The position numbers and the translations under genes are program-made. A DNA stretch of 64,000 nucleotides, taken from contig NZ_DAMBCN010000017.1 in NCBI RefSeq assembly GCF_032056425.1, positions 24,370 through 88,369 on the forward strand, in the 5' to 3' direction. The notes below the pieces were generated by a model. The model did no database searches. It was not told the DNA's origin and worked only from the letters and a program-made list of their open reading frames with translations. Positions 10,609-20,443 of this stretch are shown here, piece by piece (the first letter of the stretch is position 1; the number at the start of each line of letters is the position of its first letter). Source of the stretch: Stenotrophomonas sp. (GTDB lineage Bacteria; Pseudomonadota; Gammaproteobacteria; Xanthomonadales; Xanthomonadaceae).

Positions 10609-10674
10609 TCCGACCCCGCCTACCATGCAATCCGCGCCTACGGGCGCGGGCCGCCTGAGCCAACGAGAGCAGCC

Positions 10675-11460
10675 ATGGCCGAGTTTTCACTCCCCAAGAA
10701 TTCCAAGATCACGAAGGGCCAGCACTTCCCCGCCAAGACCGGTGGCAAGAACGTGCGTACCTTCAAGATCTACCGCTGGAGTCCGGACGACGACAGCAAT
10801 CCGCGCACCGATACCTATGAGATCGATCTGGACGCCTGCGGCCCGATGGTCCTGGACGCGCTGATCAAGATCAAGAACGAGATCGACCCGACCCTGACCT
10901 TCCGCCGCTCGTGCCGCGAAGGTATCTGCGGTTCGTGCGCGATGAACATCGACGGCACCAACACCCTGGCCTGCACCCGCGCCATCGCGGACTGCGGCAA
11001 GAAGGAAGTGCCGATCTACCCGCTGCCGCACATGAACGTGGTGAAGGATCTGGTTCCGGATCTGACCCACTTCTACGCGCAGTACGCCTCGATCAAGCCG
11101 TGGATCCGTACCCAGACCCCGGCGCCGCCGGACCGTGAGCGCCTGCAGTCGCCGGAAGACCGCAAGAAGCTGGACGGCCTGTACGAGTGCATCCTGTGCG
11201 CCTGCTGCTCGACCAGCTGCCCCAGCTACTGGTGGAACGGTGAGCGTTACCTGGGCCCGGCGATCCTGCTGCAGGCCTACCGCTGGATCATCGACTCGCG
11301 CGATGAAGACACTGGTGCGCGCCTGGACGATCTGGAAGATCCGTTCAAGCTGTACCGCTGCCACACCATCATGAACTGCGCCCGCACCTGCCCGAAGGGC
11401 CTGAACCCGGCGCTGGCGATTGCCGAGATCAAGAAGCTGATGATGGAACGCCGCGCCTGA
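10675..11460 (+). CDS. sdhB: succinate dehydrogenase iron-sulfur subunit
   Basis: 261 aa with 2Fe-2S ([11 protein letters not shown]), 4Fe-4S and 3Fe-4S Cys clusters ([23 protein letters not shown]). Confidence 0.96.
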   Translation: MAEFSLPKNSKITKGQHFPAKTGGKNVRTFKIYRWSPDDDSNPRTDTYEIDLDACGPMVLDALIKIKNEIDPTLTFRRSCREGICGSCAMNIDGTNTLACTRAIADCGKKEVPIYPLPHMNVVKDLVPDLTHFYAQYASIKPWIRTQTPAPPDRERLQSPEDRKKLDGLYECILCACCSTSCPSYWWNGERYLGPAILLQAYRWIIDSRDEDTGARLDDLEDPFKLYRCHTIMNCARTCPKGLNPALAIAEIKKLMMERRA

Positions 11461-11478
11461 TACATGCCGGCGGTACCC

Positions 11479-11534
11479 GGTACATCCACGCCATGCGTGG
11501 CTGTACCCCCAGTAGAGCCACGCCATGCGTGGCT
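11479..11534. repeat. two SMAG-type REPs inside the sdh gene string (sdhB-sdhE spacer)
   Basis: GGTACATCCACGCCATGCGTGGCTGTACC and GTAGAGCCACGCCATGCGTGGCT. Confidence 0.88.
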
Positions 11535-11556
11535 TTGCTGTATCTGGAGAAACACG

Positions 11557-11805
11557 ATGGAAGAAGACGTCCTGCTGAAAAAGCTGCGCTGGCGCTGCCG
11601 CCGCGGCATGCGCGAACTGGACCAGCTGTTCGAGCGCTACCTGGACCGCGAATGGGGCACTGCGCCGACCGATGAGCGCGAGGTTTTCCTGTTCCTGCTG
11701 GAGTGCGAGGACGATAAGTTGTGGCGCTGGTTCATGGGCTACGAGGCCTGCCCGCATGCCCACGCCATTCCGCTCATGCAGAAGATCCTCGCCCTCAAGG
11801 CTTGA
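11557..11805 (+). CDS. sdhE: FAD assembly factor SdhE (CptB/YgfY family)
   Basis: 82 aa from the ATG at 11557, with GGAGA 6 nt upstream. Conserved RGxxE motif (CRRGMRELD). Confidence 0.87.
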   Translation: MEEDVLLKKLRWRCRRGMRELDQLFERYLDREWGTAPTDEREVFLFLLECEDDKLWRWFMGYEACPHAHAIPLMQKILALKA

Positions 11806-12205
11806 GTGGCGACCCTCGCGCCTGCAGGCCGCAGCGCAGCTGGCGGTGCTGATCGCCGCCCCCTGGCAGCTGCAGGCGTCGGCGCTGCCGCACGCGTTGT
11901 ACTGGCCCGTCCTGGCGGCAGTCTGGGTGCTGGGCTTGGCCGAACTGGCCTGGCGGCTGTACCGGCCGCGGCGCGTGCTGCTGCTGCCTCCGCTGCCGGC
12001 GCCGCTGCAGGTAGGCGGGCAGGACATCGACAGCCCCGGGCTGCTGGAACGAGGACCGTGGCTGCTGCTGCGCTGGCGCCAGCAGGGTCGCCGCCGGTAC
12101 CTGTTGTTCTGGCCGGATGTGCTTGATCGCGCGCAGCGACGTGAACTGCGACTGGCCGTGGCAGCACGCGCGGTTTCCCGTCGGCCCCGGTCGGTGGCAC
12201 CATAA
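11756..12205 (+). CDS. YgfX/CptA-like inner-membrane protein; start unresolved
   Basis: High-GC3 frame open across 11801-12205. Two hydrophobic segments, then [30 protein letters not shown], which resembles the YgfX tail. No ATG/GTG/TTG lies near the expected N-terminus. The candidates are ATG 11756 (50-nt overlap with sdhE) or GTG 11846. Confidence 0.45.
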   Translation: MPTPFRSCRRSSPSRLEWRPSRLQAAAQLAVLIAAPWQLQASALPHALYWPVLAAVWVLGLAELAWRLYRPRRVLLLPPLPAPLQVGGQDIDSPGLLERGPWLLLRWRQQGRRRYLLFWPDVLDRAQRRELRLAVAARAVSRRPRSVAP

Positions 12206-12228
12206 GCTGAATTGACCGGCGTGCCTGC

Positions 12229-13462
12229 ATGTTCAAACCCATTCCCGTGGCCATCGGCCTGCGCTACCTGCGCGCCAAGCGCCGCAACGGCTTCATCTCC
12301 TTCATCTCGATGGCATCGATCCTGGGCATTGCGCTCGGCGTGACGGTGCTGATCACCACCCTGGCGGTCATGAGCGGTTTCCAGAAGGAAATCCGCAGCC
12401 GCCTGCTGCAGATGACCGCCCACACCACCATCAGCCGTGACGGCGAACCCATGCCGGACTGGATGCGGGTGGTGGACGTGGCCAGCAAGGACCCGCGCGT
12501 GGCCGGCGCCGCGCCGTACATCGAGATCCAGTCGATGATCAGCGGCCCGCGCGTGCAGGGGGCCATCGTGCAGGGGATCGACCCGGCGCTGGAACCGAAG
12601 GTGTCGGTGATCGACCAGAAGGTGGTCAAGGGCAGCTACGACAGCCTCAAGCCGGGCAGCTTCAACCTGCTGCTGGGCAAGGAGCTGGCCATCTGGCTGG
12701 GCGTGGACGTGGGCGACCAGGTGCTGGTCACCTTCGCCGAAGTGCAGGGTACGCCTGCCGGCGCCGTGCCGCGAATGAAGCGCTTCACGGTCAGCGGCAT
12801 CTTCGAGGCCGGCTACAACGAAGTGGATCGTGGCGTTGGCTTTGCCAACATGCAGGACCTGCAGCGCGTGCTGCGCAGTGATGGCGCCACCGGTGTCCGC
12901 TTGAAGCTGCACGACATGGACCGCTCGCTGGAGGTGGGCGTGGACCTGGCGCAGAACCTCGGCGGGGCCTACCGGGTAAGTGACTGGACCCAGCAGAACG
13001 CCAACCTGTACCACTCGCTGCGCATGGAAAAAGTGGTGATGGGCATCCTGCTGTCGCTGATCATCGCCATGGGTGCATTCAACCTGGTGTCCTCGCAGGT
13101 GATGCTGGTGACCGACAAGCAGGCCGACATCGCGATCCTGCGCACGCTGGGCCTGACCCCGGGCGGAGTGATGCAGGTGTTCATGGTGCAGGGCTCGCTG
13201 ATCGGCATCTTCGGCACCCTGGCCGGCCTGATCGGCGGCATCACCCTCACCCTGAACCTGGAACGCATCCTGGGCGCGATCGAATCGGTGTTCAACGTGA
13301 AGCTGCTGCCGGAGGACGTGTACTACATCACCGGCCTGCCCACCGACATGCAGACCGGCGACATCGTGGCGATCACCCTGATCGCGCTGCTGATGAGTTT
13401 CCTGGCCACCCTTTACCCCGCCTGGCGGGCCGCACGCACCCAGCCGGCCGAGGCCCTGCGCT

Positions 13463-13470
<8 letters not shown>
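12229..13470 (+). CDS. lipoprotein-releasing system permease (single LolC/LolE-family gene)
   Basis: 413 aa in the MacB/FtsX-type LolC/E family (N-terminal TM, periplasmic domain, three C-terminal TMs). The next gene, lolD, overlaps by 8 nt. Confidence 0.88.
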
Positions 13471-14176
<706 letters not shown>

Positions 14177-14184
14177 GGCAGGGT

Positions 14185-14209
14185 GTGCCCACCAAGGTGG
14201 GCACCTGCC
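14185..14209. repeat. SMAG-type REP
   Basis: GTGCCCACCAAGGTGGGCACCTGCC. Confidence 0.8.
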
Positions 14210-14322
14210 AAGGCTGCGTGCGGGCCGGTCTCGCCTACCAGCGGCTGAATTGGGCGGTTCATCGTTTCGCCGGTGTTGCCCGGCGGGGCGCATGATGGGC
14301 GCAGTACCCCGTGGAGACGCCC

Positions 14323-14772
14323 ATGAAGACCCCGTTGTTGCTGGCCGGGATGTGCCTGGCGCTGGCCGCGTGTGCCACCACTGGCCGGTTGAGCAGTGCC
14401 GAGCGGTTGGATCTGTACCGCGCCCATGCGGGTGCGCCGCAGAAGGACATGCAGTTCTTCGGCACGCTCAATGGCTGGACCGAGCTGGGTGACAGTGCGC
14501 TGGCGGTGTGGACCCGGCCCAGCGAGGCCTATCTGCTGGAGCTGACCGGGCCCTGCCAGGATCTTTCCTTCGCGCCGGCCATCGGCCTGACCAGCCACAT
14601 GGGCCGGGTGACGGCAGCGTTCGACAAGGTGCTGGTGCGCGACCCGACCGGTGGCCCACGCCTGCCGTGCTTCATCAAGACCATCCGCGCGCTGGATGTG
14701 AAAGCACTGCGGGCGGAGGAAAAAGAAATGCGCCAGGCGCAGGTACAGGAGCGCGAAGCGCCTGCAGAATAA
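14323..14772 (+). CDS. hypothetical lipoprotein
   Basis: ATG at 14323 with GGAG 6 nt upstream. Signal peptide plus lipobox (MKTPLLLAGMCLALAAC). No domain recognised. Confidence 0.7.
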   Translation: MKTPLLLAGMCLALAACATTGRLSSAERLDLYRAHAGAPQKDMQFFGTLNGWTELGDSALAVWTRPSEAYLLELTGPCQDLSFAPAIGLTSHMGRVTAAFDKVLVRDPTGGPRLPCFIKTIRALDVKALRAEEKEMRQAQVQEREAPAE

Positions 14773-14775
14773 TCG

Positions 14776-14833
14776 GGTAGCGCCGGGCCATGCCCCGCGG
14801 ATATCTGGTCGCCGGGCATGGCCCGGCGCTACC
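14776..14833. repeat. inverted pair of SMAG-type REPs between convergent genes
   Basis: GGTAGCGCCGGGCCATGCCCCGCGG ... CGCCGGGCATGGCCCGGCGCTACC. Confidence 0.88.
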
Positions 14834-14836
14834 GGC

Positions 14837-15106
14837 TCAGGCCTCGGGGGTGAAGCCAGCCGGCTTTTCCGCATCCTTTTCAAACAGGAACTTGACCAGC
14901 TCCGTTTCCAGGAAGGCGCGATGCTTCGGATCGCGCGGCGACAGCCGGTTTTCGTTGATCAGCATGGTCTGGTGCGCCAGCCACGCCGTCCAGGCGGGCT
15001 TGCCGATGTGATTGAACACGCGCTGGCCCAGCTCACCGGGGTAGGGCACGAAATCCAGGCCCTCGGCATCGCGTTGTTCGTAGTGGCAGAAGACGGTACG
15101 GGGCAT
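14837..15106 (-). CDS. yggX: Fe(2+)-trafficking / oxidative damage protection protein YggX
   Basis: 89 aa ([18 protein letters not shown]...LINENRL). Sits immediately downstream of mutY, as in E. coli. Confidence 0.9.
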   Translation of the reverse strand: MPRTVFCHYEQRDAEGLDFVPYPGELGQRVFNHIGKPAWTAWLAHQTMLINENRLSPRDPKHRAFLETELVKFLFEKDAEKPAGFTPEA

Positions 15107-15111
15107 GGTGG

Positions 15112-16236
15112 TTACTCGTGGTTGCGGGTTTTCGGGGTCTTTCGTTTCGGCACCTTGGGGCCGATGCCTTCCAGCAGCTTGCGGATCGGCGCGGGCAGGC
15201 CCAGCGCGGGCAGTTCATCGGCCGCGACCCAGCGCAGCGTGGGCTCCTCCACGCGCAGGCCGGATACCTGCCGTGACAATACCTGCAGGTGCAGTCTGTA
15301 ATGGCTGAAGGTGTGCTGCAGCAGCGGCAGCGCTTCGGCATCTTCCAGTGAGCCGTCCACGTTGGCGTCGAACCAGTCCTGCAGGTCACTGCCGGCATCG
15401 GCCTGGGGCAGGGTCCACAACTGGGCCCAGATGCCGGTGTCCGGCCGCTTCTGCAGCAGTACGCGTTGCCGTGCATCGCGCAGCAGCAGGGCCACTGCCT
15501 CGCGCTCGGGCAGGGTCTTGCTGGGCTTGGCGGTGGGCAGTTCGGCAGTACGACCTTCGCGGCGGGCCGCGCAGTCGTCCTGCAGCGGGCAGATCACGCA
15601 GGCCGGTTTGGCCCGGCTGCAGACCGTCGCGCCCAGATCCATCTGCGCCTGGGTGTAATCGGCCATGCGCCCCTCGGGCACCTGCGCAACATGACCTTCG
15701 GCCAGTGCCCACAACTGCTTCTCGATCGCCGGCAGGCCGGGGAAGCCCTCGATGCCGTGGTAGCGGCTGAGCACGCGTTTGACATTGCCATCGAGGATCG
15801 CGAACCGGTCGTTCCAGGCCTGGCTGAGGATCGCGCCAGCGGTGCTGCGGCCGATGCCGGGCAACGCGTGCAGCGCCTCGAAGTCGCGCGGCAGTTCGCT
15901 GTCGTGCAGCGCCACGCAGCGCTTGGCGGCCGCGTGCAGGTTGCGCGCACGGGCGTAGTAGCCCAGCCCGGCCCACTGCGCCATCACCGCATCGTTGCTG
16001 GCGGCGGCCAGGTCGGGCAGGGTCGGGAAGTGCTGCAGGAAGCGGTGGAAATACGGGATGACCGTGGCCACCTGGGTCTGCTGCAGCATGATCTCCGACA
16101 GCCAGACCCGGTAGGGGCTGCGCGGGTGCTGCCAGGGCAGGTCGTGGCGGCCGTGGTCATCGAACCAGCGCAGCAGGCGGGCGACGAAGCGGTCGTCCTG
16201 GGCAGTGTCGGCGCTGGCGTGCGGCTGGCGGGGCAT
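15112..16236 (-). CDS. mutY: A/G-specific adenine DNA glycosylase
   Basis: Start moved to the ATG at 16234-16236 (MPRQPHAS...). Has HhH-GPD, a 4Fe-4S Cys cluster ([17 protein letters not shown]) and a NUDIX-like C-terminal domain. Confidence 0.92.
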   Translation of the reverse strand: MPRQPHASADTAQDDRFVARLLRWFDDHGRHDLPWQHPRSPYRVWLSEIMLQQTQVATVIPYFHRFLQHFPTLPDLAAASNDAVMAQWAGLGYYARARNLHAAAKRCVALHDSELPRDFEALHALPGIGRSTAGAILSQAWNDRFAILDGNVKRVLSRYHGIEGFPGLPAIEKQLWALAEGHVAQVPEGRMADYTQAQMDLGATVCSRAKPACVICPLQDDCAARREGRTAELPTAKPSKTLPEREAVALLLRDARQRVLLQKRPDTGIWAQLWTLPQADAGSDLQDWFDANVDGSLEDAEALPLLQHTFSHYRLHLQVLSRQVSGLRVEEPTLRWVAADELPALGLPAPIRKLLEGIGPKVPKRKTPKTRNHE

Positions 16237-16255
16237 GTGTGTTCCGGGGAAAGGC

Positions 16256-16322
16256 AGCCACCCGTGGGGTGGCTCTACCAAGGCGTCGCGCGCGGGGCAG
16301 CAGAGCCACGCCATGCGTGGCT
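16256..16322. repeat. two SMAG-type REPs
   Basis: AGCCACCCGTGGGGTGGCTCTACC and AGAGCCACGCCATGCGTGGCT. Confidence 0.85.
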
Positions 16323-16332
16323 GCGCGGTGTA

Positions 16333-17613
16333 TCAGCCGCCCAGTGCTTCAGGCAGCAGGGCGTCGACAAAGGCTTCCGGATCGAACACGCGCAGGTCTT
16401 CCGGACGTTCACCGATGCCGGCAAAGCGGATCGGAATGCCGAACTCACGGGCCAGCGCAAACACCACGCCGCCCTTGGCGGTGCCATCCAGCTTGGTCAC
16501 CACCAGGCCGGTCACCTTCACCGCAGCATTGAACTGGCGCAGCTGCGAGAGTGCGTTCTGGCCGGTGGTGCCGTCGATCACCATCAGCACTTCGTGCGGG
16601 GCGGTTTCATCGATCTTGCCGAGCACGCGGCGGATCTTGCCCAGTTCGTTCATCAGGCCGGACTGGGTATGCAGGCGGCCAGCGGTGTCGGCAATCAGCA
16701 CCGAGGTGCCACGGGCCTTGCCGGCCTGCAGGGCGTCGTAGGCCACCGAAGCGGCGTCGGCGTTCTGGCCCTGGGCGACCACGGCCACACCGTTGCGCTC
16801 GCCCCAGGCCTGCAGCTGGGCCACGGCGGCGGCACGGAAGGTATCGCCGGCGGCCAGCATCAGGCTGTGCCCATCGTCCTTGAAGCGCTTGGCCAGCTTG
16901 CCGATGGTGGTGGTCTTGCCGACCCCGTTGACGCCGACGGTGAGCACCACGAACGGCTTGGCATTGCGATCGATCACCAGCGGCTGGGCCACCGGCTGCA
17001 GGATCGCGATCAGTTCGCTGCGCAGCGCGGCCAGCAGGGCATTGGCATCGGCGAATTCGCGCGATTTCATGCGCTTGCGCAGGCCTTCCACCAGATCGGT
17101 GGTGGCGCCCACGCCGACGTCGGCGGTGATCAGCGCGGTTTCCAGCTCGTCCAGCAGGTCGTCGTCGAGCTTGGGGTTGCGTGAGAACAGGCCGCCGAAG
17201 CTGCGCGCGATGACGCTGTTGCGCAGGCGCTCGCGCCAGCCCGGCTTGCCGGCCGGGGCCGGCGGGGCGTCCACCAGGGCAGGCAGGTCGGCTGCGGGCG
17301 CGGGCGGCTCCTCGGCGGGAACGACCGGGGCCAGCGGGGCCAGCACGGCGGCCGCGGCGAGCGCTTCGGCCTGCACGTCTTCGGTCACGACCACCGGCTC
17401 GTCGGCCTGCAGCGGCGGCGCTTCGGCAACGGGGGACTGTACCGGTGCCGGGGCAGCCGGCGCGGGCTCGGCTACCGCAGCGCTGGGGGCTTGCTCGGCC
17501 GGCGCGGCAGACGGGAACGCCGCCGCCAGCTCTTCAGCCGAGTAGTGCTGGGTCTTGGGCGCGTCCGGAGCGGCGGCGTCCTGGGGCTTCTTGCGGCGGA
17601 AAAAACTGAGCAT
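16333..17613 (-). CDS. ftsY: signal recognition particle receptor
   Basis: ATG at 17611-17613 (MLSFFRRKK). Ala/Pro/Glu-rich acidic N-domain followed by an NG domain (GVNGVGKTTTIGK, DTAGR). Confidence 0.95.
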   Translation of the reverse strand: MLSFFRRKKPQDAAAPDAPKTQHYSAEELAAAFPSAAPAEQAPSAAVAEPAPAAPAPVQSPVAEAPPLQADEPVVVTEDVQAEALAAAAVLAPLAPVVPAEEPPAPAADLPALVDAPPAPAGKPGWRERLRNSVIARSFGGLFSRNPKLDDDLLDELETALITADVGVGATTDLVEGLRKRMKSREFADANALLAALRSELIAILQPVAQPLVIDRNAKPFVVLTVGVNGVGKTTTIGKLAKRFKDDGHSLMLAAGDTFRAAAVAQLQAWGERNGVAVVAQGQNADAASVAYDALQAGKARGTSVLIADTAGRLHTQSGLMNELGKIRRVLGKIDETAPHEVLMVIDGTTGQNALSQLRQFNAAVKVTGLVVTKLDGTAKGGVVFALAREFGIPIRFAGIGERPEDLRVFDPEAFVDALLPEALGG

Positions 17614-17742
17614 TGGCAAAAGGCGCTGAAATCAGGGGGATATGCTACCACTCGGGCCTGTCGGCCCGATGTGGACTGAAGGTTGCGGCCGACCGGCCGC
17701 TAACGGGTACGGAGGGCTGCGTTGGGCGGCCCGGAGGCAAAC

Positions 17743-18042
17743 ATGAACAGCGTGATGGGAACCGCTCTTTCCGGCATGCGCGCCGCCCAGCAGGGCGTGC
17801 AGGTGGCCGCACACAACGTGGCCAACCTGGCGACCCCGGATGCACAGCGGCTGCAGGTGCAGCGCAGCGCCGTGGAGCAGGCTGGGGTGGAGGCGTCTGT
17901 CGCCACCGCAGCGCCGGATGCCAGCGCGCCGCTGGGCGACCTGCTGGCGGCGAAAACCGAGGTGGTGGCTTTCGCTGCCAATGCCGCGCTGGTGCGCCGC
18001 CAGGACCAGATGCTGGGAACGCTGTTGGACCGGAACGCCTGA
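17743..18042 (+). CDS. orphan 99-aa protein with flagellar basal-body-rod-like N- and C-terminal segments
   Basis: ATG at 17743 with GGAGG 5 nt upstream. LSGMRAAQQGVQVAAHNVANLATP resembles the rod N-terminal signature (..N[IV]AN..T.). AFAANAALVRRQDQMLGTLLD resembles the rod C-terminal segment. Confidence 0.6.
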   Translation: MNSVMGTALSGMRAAQQGVQVAAHNVANLATPDAQRLQVQRSAVEQAGVEASVATAAPDASAPLGDLLAAKTEVVAFAANAALVRRQDQMLGTLLDRNA

Positions 18043-18055
18043 ACTGACTGGCCCC

Positions 18056-18150
18056 GGTAGGTGTCAACCTTGGTTGACACGCCCTTGATGTGCCAACCAA
18101 GGTTGGCACCTACCAAAGCGGGGTTGCGCCGGGCCCTGCCCGGCGCAACC
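18056..18150. repeat. three SMAG-type REPs
   Basis: GGTAGGTGTCAACCTTGGTTGACAC, GTGCCAACCAAGGTTGGCACCTACC, GGTTGCGCCGGGCCCTGCCCGGCGCAACC. Confidence 0.9.
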
Positions 18151-18157
18151 GTTTCGG

Positions 18158-20044
18158 TCAGGCCGACAGCTCCAGCAACAGCTTGTTCAGGCGCGCCACA
18201 TAGGCGCCCGGGTCCTTCAGGCTGTCACCGGCGGCCAGCGCGGCCTGGTCGAACAGCACCCGGCCAAGGTCATCGAAGCGGGCGCCATCGGCTTCGGCAT
18301 TGAGCTTGGCGATCAGCGGGTGGCCCGGGTTGATTTCCAGCACCGGCTTACTGTCGGGCACCTTCTGCCCGCTCGCTTCCAGGATCTGGCGCATCTGCAG
18401 GCCCAGGTCCTGTTCGCCGATCGCCAGCACCGCCGGTGAATCGGTCAGGCGGTGCGACACCCGCACTTCGGCCACGTCGTCGCCCAGCACCGTCTTCAAG
18501 CGTTCGACCAGCGCCTGCTTGTCCTTGGCGGCCGCCTCCTGTTCCTGCTTGTCCGCCTCGCTTTCCAGCGCGCCCAGATCCAGATCGCCACGGGCGATGT
18601 CGACGAAGCCCTTGCCGTCGAAATCGATCAGGTAGCCCATCAGCCACTCGTCGATACGGTCGGTCAGCAGCAGCACTTCCACGCCCTTCTTGCGGAACAC
18701 TTCCAGGTGCGGGCTGTTGCGCACCTGGCTGTAGCTCTCGCCGGTCAGGTAGTAGATCTTGTCCTGGCCCTCGGCCATGCGGCCGATGTAATCGGCCAGC
18801 GACACGCTCTGCGCATCGGCCTCGCCATGGGTGGAGGCGAAGCGCAGCAGCCCGGCCACCTTCTCGCGGTTGTTGTAGTCCTCGGCCGGGCCTTCCTTCA
18901 GCACCTGGCCGAATTCCTTCCAGAAGCTGGCGTACTGCTCGGGCTTGTCGGTGGCCAGCTTGTCCAGCATGTCCAGCGAGCGCTTGGTCAGCGCGGCCTT
19001 CATCGAATCGATGACCGGGCCGGACTGCAGGATTTCGCGCGACACGTTCAGCGAGAGATCGTTGGAATCGACCACGCCCTTGATGAAGCGCAGGTACAGC
19101 GGCAGGAACTGCTCGGCCTGGTCCATCACGAACACGCGCTGCACGTACAGCTTCAGGCCCTTGGGCGCGTCGCGGTGGTACAGGTCGAACGGCGCGCGGC
19201 CGGGCACGTACAGCAGCGAGGTGTATTCCAGCTTGCCTTCGACCTTGTTGTGGCTCCACGCCAGCGGATCGCTGTGGTCGTGCGCCACGTGCTTGTAGAA
19301 CTCGGTGTACTCGGCGTCGCTGATCTCGGTGCGCGGGCGGGTCCACAGCGCGCTGGCACGGTTGACGGTCTCCCACTCGCCGGCGGCGTCGTCGCCTTCC
19401 TTCGGCATCTGGATCGGCAGGCCGATGTGATCGGAGTATTTCTTCAGGATGCTGCGCAGGCGCCAGCCGTCGGCGAAGTCGTGCTCGCCGTCCTTCAGGT
19501 GCAGCACGATGCGGGTACCGCGCTCGGCCTTGTCGACGGTGGCGACTTCGAAATCGCCTTCGCCTCTCGAGGTCCAGCGCACGCCTTCGCCGGCGGCCAA
19601 GCCGGCGCGGCGCGAGGTCACTTCCACTTCGTCGGCAACGATGAAGGCGCTGTAGAAGCCGACGCCGAACTGGCCGATCAGCTGCGAGTCCTTTTTCTGG
19701 TCGCCGGACAGCTGGCGCAGGAAATCGCCGGTGCCGGATTTTGCGATCGTGCCCAAGTGGGCGATGGCTTCGGCGCGGCTCATGCCGATGCCGTTGTCGT
19801 CGATGGTGATGGTGTGGGCGGCGGCGTCGAAGCTGACGCGCACGCGCAGCTCGCTGTCACCTTCCAGCAGCGCCGGCTGGGTCAGGGCCTCGAAACGCAG
19901 CTTGTCGGCGGCGTCGGCGGCATTGGAGACCAGCTCGCGCAGGAAGATTTCCTTGTTGGAGTACAGCGAGTGGATCATCAGCTGCAGCAGCTGCTTGACC
20001 TCGGTCTGGAAGCCAAGGGTTTCGGTCTGGTGGGTCTCGGTCAT
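18158..20044 (-). CDS. htpG: molecular chaperone HtpG (Hsp90)
   Basis: Start moved to the ATG at 20042-20044 ([45 protein letters not shown]). The 108 extra codons in the track ORF run through REP/inverted-repeat DNA. Confidence 0.96.
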   Translation of the reverse strand: MTETHQTETLGFQTEVKQLLQLMIHSLYSNKEIFLRELVSNAADAADKLRFEALTQPALLEGDSELRVRVSFDAAAHTITIDDNGIGMSRAEAIAHLGTIAKSGTGDFLRQLSGDQKKDSQLIGQFGVGFYSAFIVADEVEVTSRRAGLAAGEGVRWTSRGEGDFEVATVDKAERGTRIVLHLKDGEHDFADGWRLRSILKKYSDHIGLPIQMPKEGDDAAGEWETVNRASALWTRPRTEISDAEYTEFYKHVAHDHSDPLAWSHNKVEGKLEYTSLLYVPGRAPFDLYHRDAPKGLKLYVQRVFVMDQAEQFLPLYLRFIKGVVDSNDLSLNVSREILQSGPVIDSMKAALTKRSLDMLDKLATDKPEQYASFWKEFGQVLKEGPAEDYNNREKVAGLLRFASTHGEADAQSVSLADYIGRMAEGQDKIYYLTGESYSQVRNSPHLEVFRKKGVEVLLLTDRIDEWLMGYLIDFDGKGFVDIARGDLDLGALESEADKQEQEAAAKDKQALVERLKTVLGDDVAEVRVSHRLTDSPAVLAIGEQDLGLQMRQILEASGQKVPDSKPVLEINPGHPLIAKLNAEADGARFDDLGRVLFDQAALAAGDSLKDPGAYVARLNKLLLELSA

Positions 20045-20160
20045 CGATAGGGCTCCGTGTGCAATGCCGCGCCAGCGCGTGCGGCCTCGCCAAGGGGTAT
20101 GGCTGATTGTCCCGAAATCAAGGGGTTGGTCGGGCAGGGCTGCGCCCTGCACCCGCCGAA

Positions 20161-20183
20161 TCAACGTCAACGTCAACGTCAAC
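20161..20183. repeat. hexanucleotide microsatellite, about 3.8 copies of TCAACG/CAACGT
   Basis: TCAACGTCAACGTCAACGTCAAC read directly. A 1.5-copy version occurs inverted at 20485-20494. Confidence 0.9.
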
Positions 20184-20205
20184 AGCGGGATTCCCGTGGG
20201 ATGGC

Positions 20206-20301
20206 GGGGCGGTGTCGGAGTGCGGGGACGCCGCAAGTACGTCCCTGTAGGCTTGGCCGCGGCATCCTTGCCGCGGACACCCCGCACTCCGACACCGCCC
20301 C
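20206..20301. repeat. 96-nt element with perfect 22-bp terminal inverted repeats
   Basis: GGGGCGGTGTCGGAGTGCGGGG (20206-20227) is the exact reverse complement of 20280-20301. The 52-nt loop holds a second 8-bp hairpin, CCGCGGCA-TCCT-TGCCGCGG. Confidence 0.85.
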
Positions 20302-20327
20302 ACCTCTGACAGTCCGCCGCGGCTGTT

Positions 20328-20443
20328 GGTAGGTGTCGACCTTGGTCGACACGGTAGATCCACGCCATGCGTGGATGAACTCTGTCAATTACCTATGCAA
20401 ATCTCGGGTCAGAGCCCGTTGCGGAGCAACGGGATCCGACCCC
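20328..20443. repeat. two SMAG-type REPs plus one GGGTCAGAGCCC...GGGATCCGACCCC-type hairpin
   Basis: GGTAGGTGTCGACCTTGGTCGACAC, GGTAGATCCACGCCATGCGTGGAT, GGGTCAGAGCCCGTTGCGGAGCAACGGGATCCGACCCC. Confidence 0.9.

Noticed and set aside
8368-10626. 752-aa minus-strand ORF antisense to sdhA. Similar giant antisense ORFs are 10687-13518 (943 aa), 25554-28550 (998 aa), 42129-44411 (760 aa), 22669-24411, 61188-62867, 5505-6833 and 15466-17184.
   Set aside because: Each lies exactly opposite a confidently identified gene. Their translations are Arg/Gly/Ala/His/Gln-rich low-complexity strings with no motifs. Long stop-free antisense frames are an expected by-product of GC-rich codon usage (GC3 bias).
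20094-20122. Sigma32-like promoter for htpG on the minus strand (CCCTTGATT ... CCATACCCC).
   Set aside because: The -35 part is a good match, but the -10 match and spacing (about 11-14 nt depending on alignment) are ambiguous. It is left as a possibility rather than a feature.
20161-20183. Tandem CAACGT hexamers and neighbouring palindromes considered as a CRISPR-like array.
   Set aside because: The repeat unit is 6 nt with no spacers. The surrounding repeats are REP palindromes of differing sequence. No cas genes are present in the window.
20045-20368. 108-codon N-terminal extension of htpG, and the 20445 start of rsmD, as given in the ORF track.
   Set aside because: The extensions are translated REP or inverted-repeat DNA. 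Canonical family N-termini begin at 20044 (MTETHQ...) and 20595 (VSGRGG...RIIGG).
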